Below are positions 59,630 through 64,000 of a stretch of DNA of 64,000 nucleotides, piece by piece. Position 1 is the stretch's first letter; each line of letters begins with the position of its first letter. Made by a program: the position numbers and the translations under genes. The stretch lies in NCBI GenBank assembly GCA_965250285.1, contig OZ252299.1:5888001-5952000 (forward strand), in the 5' to 3' direction. The notes under the pieces were generated by a model that made no database searches, was not told the DNA's origin, and worked only from the letters and a program-made list of their open reading frames with translations. This stretch comes from Myxococcota bacterium. Lineage in GTDB: Bacteria; Myxococcota_A; UBA9160; UBA4427.

Positions 59630-61960
59630 GTGTTCAAGCCCGGCAGCAAGCTTCAGCATCCGTTCAATCCCGAACTCGGGGTCGGGGTCGTGCGCTCGGT
59701 CGACGGTCGATTCCTCGCCGTCTACTTCCCCGCCACGGGCGAGGAGCTCACGCTCTCGGCCCACGCCGGACTCGAGCGGCTCGTGGTGCAGCCCGGTGAG
59801 TCGCTGCGCCTCCTCGAGGACGACCGCATCGAGCGCGTCGCCGAGGTCGAAGACTACGTCTACGTGCTCGAGACCGGAGAGCGCGTGCACGAGGCCGAGA
59901 CCTGGCCGCTGGTCGCCGCCGACACACCGCTCGAGCGCCTCGCCAAGCTGCAGCTCGATTCGCTCGACGGGTTTCGCAATCGCATCGACGGGCTCGAGTT
60001 GATGCAGTTGCGCGAGGCGGGCGGGCTCGGGTCGTTTCTCGGGGGCCGCATCGAGCTGTTTCCGCATCAGCTGCACGTGGCACGCCAGGCAGTCGAGCGT
60101 GAGCCCGTGCGCTGGCTGCTCGCCGACGAGGTCGGTCTAGGGAAGACCGTCGAAGCGTGCCTCGTACTGTCGGCCCTGCTCCGCACGGGCCGCGCCCAGC
60201 GCGCGCTCGTCCTCGCGCCCCCGACGCTCACCGTGCAGTGGCTCGGCGAGCTCTACCGCAAGTTTCATCAGGTGTTCGTGCTGCTCGACGAGGAACGCAT
60301 CGAGGCGGTCGCGACCGACTTCGGCGAAGAGGTGAACCCCTTCGACGTGCATCCCTTTGCGGTCATGAGCGTCGAGGCGCTCGCCCGGGACGAGCGCCTG
60401 CGCCGCGCCGCGCTCGAAGCGGGGCTCGACGTCGTGGTGGTCGACGAAGCGCACGGCCTCGCGACCCACGAGCAGGACGCCACCGTGGGCAAGCTCGTGC
60501 GCGAGGCGCGTCACGCGCTGCTGCTGACGGCGACGCCGCTGCAGGCCGACCTCGAGGGCTTCCACCGACTGCTCGATCTGCTGCATCCCGAGCTCTTCGA
60601 CGACTTCACCGCGTTCGAGGCGGCGGTGCGCGGCGGCGAAGCCGTGCTGCCGTGCACGAGCGCCGTGCGCCGGGCGGACGTCGGGGGCCTGCCGCCGCGC
60701 GCGCCCGAGGCGGTCGACGTCGGCGCGCCCATTGACGATCTCGAGCGGCTCGCCGACGACCCGCGTACGCAGTGGCTGATGAAGCAGGCGCAGGCCTGGA
60801 AGAAGGCCGGCGAGAAGGCGCTCGTGTTCGTGCGCGAACGCGAGACGCTCGAGGCGCTCGCCGCGCTGCTCGAGTCAGCGACCCAGACACGCGTCACGCT
60901 CTTTCATGAAGATCTGTCGCCGGCCAAGCGCGACATCGAGGTCGCGGCCTTTCGCGAGTCGTCGGTGCCGCTGCTGCTGTGCACCGAGGCCGGCGGCGAA
61001 GGCCGCAACTTCCAGTTCTGCGATCGCATGGTGCACTTCGACCTGCCCGGCGATCCGACGCTGCTCGAGCAGCGCATCGGCCGACTCGATCGCATTGGGC
61101 GCGAGAAGGACGTCGAGATCGTGTACTTCCGCTTCGACGCGGGTGGGACGGGCGCGGCGATCGATCTGGCCCGCCTCTACGAGCGCCTCGAGCTGTTCGC
61201 GCGGCCGGCCTCGGGGCTCGATGCAGCGCTCGCGCCCGTGCGTCCGGCCATCGAGGCGGCGCAGGCGGCGGGTGAGCCGCTCGACGTCGATGCCGTCGTG
61301 GCGGCCGTCGAGGCCGAACGCAGCGGCAGCGCGCCCGATGTCGGCCGCGTCGTCTACAGCGATGCGTATCGCGCCGAGCTCGGTGATTCGATCCTCGCCG
61401 ACGTGCCGCCCGATCTCGAGACGCGCACGCAGCGCTACTGCCTCGGCGCGGCCGACGACCTCGGCTTCGACGTCGTCGACAAGGGCGGCATCGCGATGGC
61501 GTACATCGAGTTTGGAAGCGGCGCGAAGGTCGACAGCCTGCCCGGCGTCGCGGGGGGCGTGCGCTACCTCGGCAGCTTCGATCGCGAAGAGGCGGTGACC
61601 CGCGACGAGGTCGAGTTCTTCGCGAGCGGTCACCCGCTGGTCGAAGGTCTGCTGCTCGAGCTCGAGGACGGCCATCGCGGACGCGTCGCCCTCATGGAGC
61701 TCGAAGGCAGCGGCATCGACGGCGCGGGTCTCGTCGGCATCTTCAAGGACGGCGCCGACTGGTCGATCGAGGTCGTGGGCGCCGACGGCGAGATGCATCC
61801 CGAATGGGTCGAGCCCCTGCGCGCAGCGCTCCCTGAAGCGCGCGGCGTGAAGGTCGAGAAGTGGGGCATCGGCGCAGGCTGGGCCGAGGGCGTGCGCGCG
61901 CTGGGCGATCAGCTGCGAGGGCGCGGCGAGCTCGTCGCGGTGGCGTTCTTCCGCGCTTGA
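59630..61960 (+). CDS. RapA/HepA-like SNF2 family ATPase
   Basis: LFPHQL, LLADEVGLGKT, DEAH, LTATP, EGRNFQFC, LEQRIGRLDRIG, HPLV; GTG start inferred. Confidence 0.88.
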   Translation: MFKPGSKLQHPFNPELGVGVVRSVDGRFLAVYFPATGEELTLSAHAGLERLVVQPGESLRLLEDDRIERVAEVEDYVYVLETGERVHEAETWPLVAADTPLERLAKLQLDSLDGFRNRIDGLELMQLREAGGLGSFLGGRIELFPHQLHVARQAVEREPVRWLLADEVGLGKTVEACLVLSALLRTGRAQRALVLAPPTLTVQWLGELYRKFHQVFVLLDEERIEAVATDFGEEVNPFDVHPFAVMSVEALARDERLRRAALEAGLDVVVVDEAHGLATHEQDATVGKLVREARHALLLTATPLQADLEGFHRLLDLLHPELFDDFTAFEAAVRGGEAVLPCTSAVRRADVGGLPPRAPEAVDVGAPIDDLERLADDPRTQWLMKQAQAWKKAGEKALVFVRERETLEALAALLESATQTRVTLFHEDLSPAKRDIEVAAFRESSVPLLLCTEAGGEGRNFQFCDRMVHFDLPGDPTLLEQRIGRLDRIGREKDVEIVYFRFDAGGTGAAIDLARLYERLELFARPASGLDAALAPVRPAIEAAQAAGEPLDVDAVVAAVEAERSGSAPDVGRVVYSDAYRAELGDSILADVPPDLETRTQRYCLGAADDLGFDVVDKGGIAMAYIEFGSGAKVDSLPGVAGGVRYLGSFDREEAVTRDEVEFFASGHPLVEGLLLELEDGHRGRVALMELEGSGIDGAGLVGIFKDGADWSIEVVGADGEMHPEWVEPLRAALPEARGVKVEKWGIGAGWAEGVRALGDQLRGRGELVAVAFFRA

Positions 61961-61994
61961 TCTCGCGATCGGCGCGGGGTCGCCACTTCGTGCG

Positions 61995-62660
61995 CTAGGT
62001 GGCCGCACCCGGCGAGAGCAGTACGTCCATCAGCGCGCTCAGATCCGAGTAGAACGGCGAGTGGTCGCAGTCGAGGCGCACGACGCGTCCCGCGCTCTCG
62101 GCCATGCGGGCCTGGGTGGCCGCGGGGATGGCCGCGTCCTGCTCGCAGAGCACGTAGGTCGACGGGATGTCGACCCAGGGCGAACGATCGGGGGCAGCGG
62201 CGACGCACGCGAGCGCCGTCGGCCGCAATCGGTCGGCGGCGCGGTTTGCGTCGTCGGCGTCGCAGGTGTTGTAGAAGACGTCGAGGGCTGCTTCGACCGG
62301 GATCGAGAAGTGCTCGCTGTCGACCTGCATGGTCGCCACGACGCCGCCGGGATCCTCGTCGAACAGGTCGGTCGGTGCGATCCCGGGCTCGACCATGAGC
62401 GCAGCGACGTAGACGAGGTGATCGACGCGATCGGCGTGGGCGGCCTGGCTGATGACCAGGCCACCGTACGAGTGACCGGCGAGCACGGTGGGTTCGTCGC
62501 TGGCCTCGAGCAGGCGTGCGACATGGGTCGCATCGTCGTCGAGCGACGTGAGCGGCAGATCGGGCGCCGTCACGGTATGGCCGGCGGCCTCGAGCTCGGA
62601 CTGCACGCGCTCCCAACACCAGCCGCCGTGGGCGACACCGTGGACCAGGACATATCTCAA
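61995..62660 (-). CDS. Alpha/beta hydrolase (esterase)
   Basis: LVHGVAHGGWCW, GHSYGG, DHSPF. Confidence 0.92.
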   Translation of the reverse strand: MRYVLVHGVAHGGWCWERVQSELEAAGHTVTAPDLPLTSLDDDATHVARLLEASDEPTVLAGHSYGGLVISQAAHADRVDHLVYVAALMVEPGIAPTDLFDEDPGGVVATMQVDSEHFSIPVEAALDVFYNTCDADDANRAADRLRPTALACVAAAPDRSPWVDIPSTYVLCEQDAAIPAATQARMAESAGRVVRLDCDHSPFYSDLSALMDVLLSPGAAT

Positions 62661-63475
62661 TGGGGCGGCTCCTCGCTCGGCGAAACTGCGTGCTCGATGT
62701 CTCGCTGAAGCACGCGGTAGGCGTTCAGGTCGTGGGTCTTGCCATCGTCGCGGTAGCGGTCGACTTCGACGAGGTCGAGGTCGGCGACCAGCGCGTCGAG
62801 CTCGGCCTCGTGCGTGAGGTGGCAGTAGCGCGGCGTCTCGGCGTCGCCGCCGAATCCGAGCAGATGGTCGCCGGGCTCGAAGTCATCGGGATCGAAGCCG
62901 AGCGCCCGCGCGCGTGCAGCGACCGCGTCACAGTCGATCGTCGTGCGGTCGAAGCGGGCATGATCGCCGAACTGCCATGCGGTCACGACGAGCGTGCCGC
63001 CATCGGCGACGCGCTCGGCCAGCGAAGTGAGCAGGCGCGCGCGCGTTTCATGGCCGGGCACGTGGTGCAGCACGCCGAAGAGCACGATCAGATCGAAGGG
63101 GCCCGGCGCGATCGTGGCCGCCGCTTCGTCGTTCTCGTCGATGAAGTCGACCTCGTCGAGCCGGGCAAAGAGGGTGCGGGGGGTCGACCCGAGCTGACTT
63201 CGCGCACGGTCGAGGAGCAGCTTGCTCGCGTCGATGCCGTGGTAGTCGATCGGGTCGGGTCGAGATCGAATCAAGAAGCGGGCGAAACGGGCGTTGCCGC
63301 AGCCGACGTCGAGGACGCGCAGGGGCGGGTCGGTGTTGCCGCGCGGCGCGATGTGCGAGATCGCGCGATCCCACCCCGGCCACGGATGATCGCGGGTCGC
63401 GTCGAATTCGGCGCCCCGGCGCTCGTAGAAGCGGCGATTGAGCGCATTGAGCGCCGCGCGGGTCTCGGGCTTCAT
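62657..63475 (-). CDS. Class I SAM methyltransferase, Trm9/ALKBH8-like
   Basis: FYERRGAEFDATRDHPWP, VLDVGCGNAR, GVLHHVP, TAWQF, RYCHL...EL. Confidence 0.8.
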   Translation of the reverse strand: MKPETRAALNALNRRFYERRGAEFDATRDHPWPGWDRAISHIAPRGNTDPPLRVLDVGCGNARFARFLIRSRPDPIDYHGIDASKLLLDRARSQLGSTPRTLFARLDEVDFIDENDEAAATIAPGPFDLIVLFGVLHHVPGHETRARLLTSLAERVADGGTLVVTAWQFGDHARFDRTTIDCDAVAARARALGFDPDDFEPGDHLLGFGGDAETPRYCHLTHEAELDALVADLDLVEVDRYRDDGKTHDLNAYRVLQRDIEHAVSPSEEPPH

Positions 63476-63543
63476 GGGTGTCCGACCTCGGATATCTTCC
63501 GCTCGCCCGACCGCGTGGGTCGGTGCCGATCTCGAGTGTCGCG

Positions 63544-64000
63544 ATGCTAGACGAGCCCCAGAGCGCGCGCAGGCCAGGCCGGCCGAGCGCCATCGATGTC
63601 GAGGAACACCGTTCGGCGTTGCGTGCGCTCGTCGACGGCATCATCGAGGCGGGGGGCGAGGCCCCCGGCGCACCGCTGCCGCCCGAGCGGATGGACGCGC
63701 TGCTGCGGGCGCACCCGAAGGGCGGTCGCGGTTTCTTCTCGCGCAGTGACCTGATCGCGGCGTTTCGGCGCTTCGATACCGAAGCGCCGATGTCGATCGC
63801 CGAGTCGCGCTTCGTCGAGCTCGTCCAGCGGCGCCCCGTGCGCACGCAGAGCGGCGTCACGCCGCTCACGGTGCTGACCCGTCCGCACCCCTGCCCGGGC
63901 AAGTGCATCTTCTGCCCGAACGACGTGCGCATGCCGAAGAGCTACTTGTCGGACGAGCCCGGCGCGCAGCGGGCGGCCGTCAACCGCTTCGATCCCTATC
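63544..64000 (+). CDS. elp3: Elp3-like radical SAM tRNA U34 acetyltransferase, 5' part (runs off the window)
   Basis: Not in the ORF track. Manual translation from ATG 63544 gives ...RRPVRTQSGVTPLTVLTRPHPCPGKCIFCPNDVRMPKSYLSDEPGAQRAAVNRFDPY, with Elp3 signatures (PVRTxSGV, CP..C..CP, PKSY..EP, FDPY). Confidence 0.9.
   Translation, partial: MLDEPQSARRPGRPSAIDVEEHRSALRALVDGIIEAGGEAPGAPLPPERMDALLRAHPKGGRGFFSRSDLIAAFRRFDTEAPMSIAESRFVELVQRRPVRTQSGVTPLTVLTRPHPCPGKCIFCPNDVRMPKSYLSDEPGAQRAAVNRFDPY

Overview
High-GC (roughly two-thirds G+C by eye) bacterial chromosomal window. The gene content (sigma54-type promoters, a PEP-CTERM protein, a large TPR Ser/Thr kinase, TonB receptors) suggests a diderm, possibly Myxococcota/deltaproteobacteria-like; this is inference only. 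0.5-16 kb is a complete nitrate-assimilation island: fused nirB-nirD, an unusual 4Fe-4S/DmsC membrane-anchor fusion, a molybdopterin nitrate reductase, nasT-nasS regulators, nrtABCD and an alginate-export-family porin. It carries three sigma54-like promoters and two readable ANTAR twin-hairpin antiterminator leaders. The rest holds mixed metabolic and envelope genes: a DAACS-SBP fusion, bcp, two P450s, tandem TonB receptors, GGDEF-EAL, trpS, gpx, a kinase, a RapA-like ATPase and tRNA-Thr(CGT). A ~2.1 kb DUF6569/ARPP-1 + MerR-like module is bracketed by a 43-bp direct repeat of a gene 3' end. Three genes absent from the ORF track were read by hand: a partial epmC, a 41-aa small ORF and a partial elp3. 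Best leads: (1) elp3 head-to-head with a Trm9/ALKBH8-like methyltransferase, a candidate bacterial mcm5U wobble-modification pathway; (2) a putative quinol-fed assimilatory nitrate reductase; (3) the direct-repeat-bounded ARPP-1/MerR module. All family calls come from motif recognition, with no database searches.
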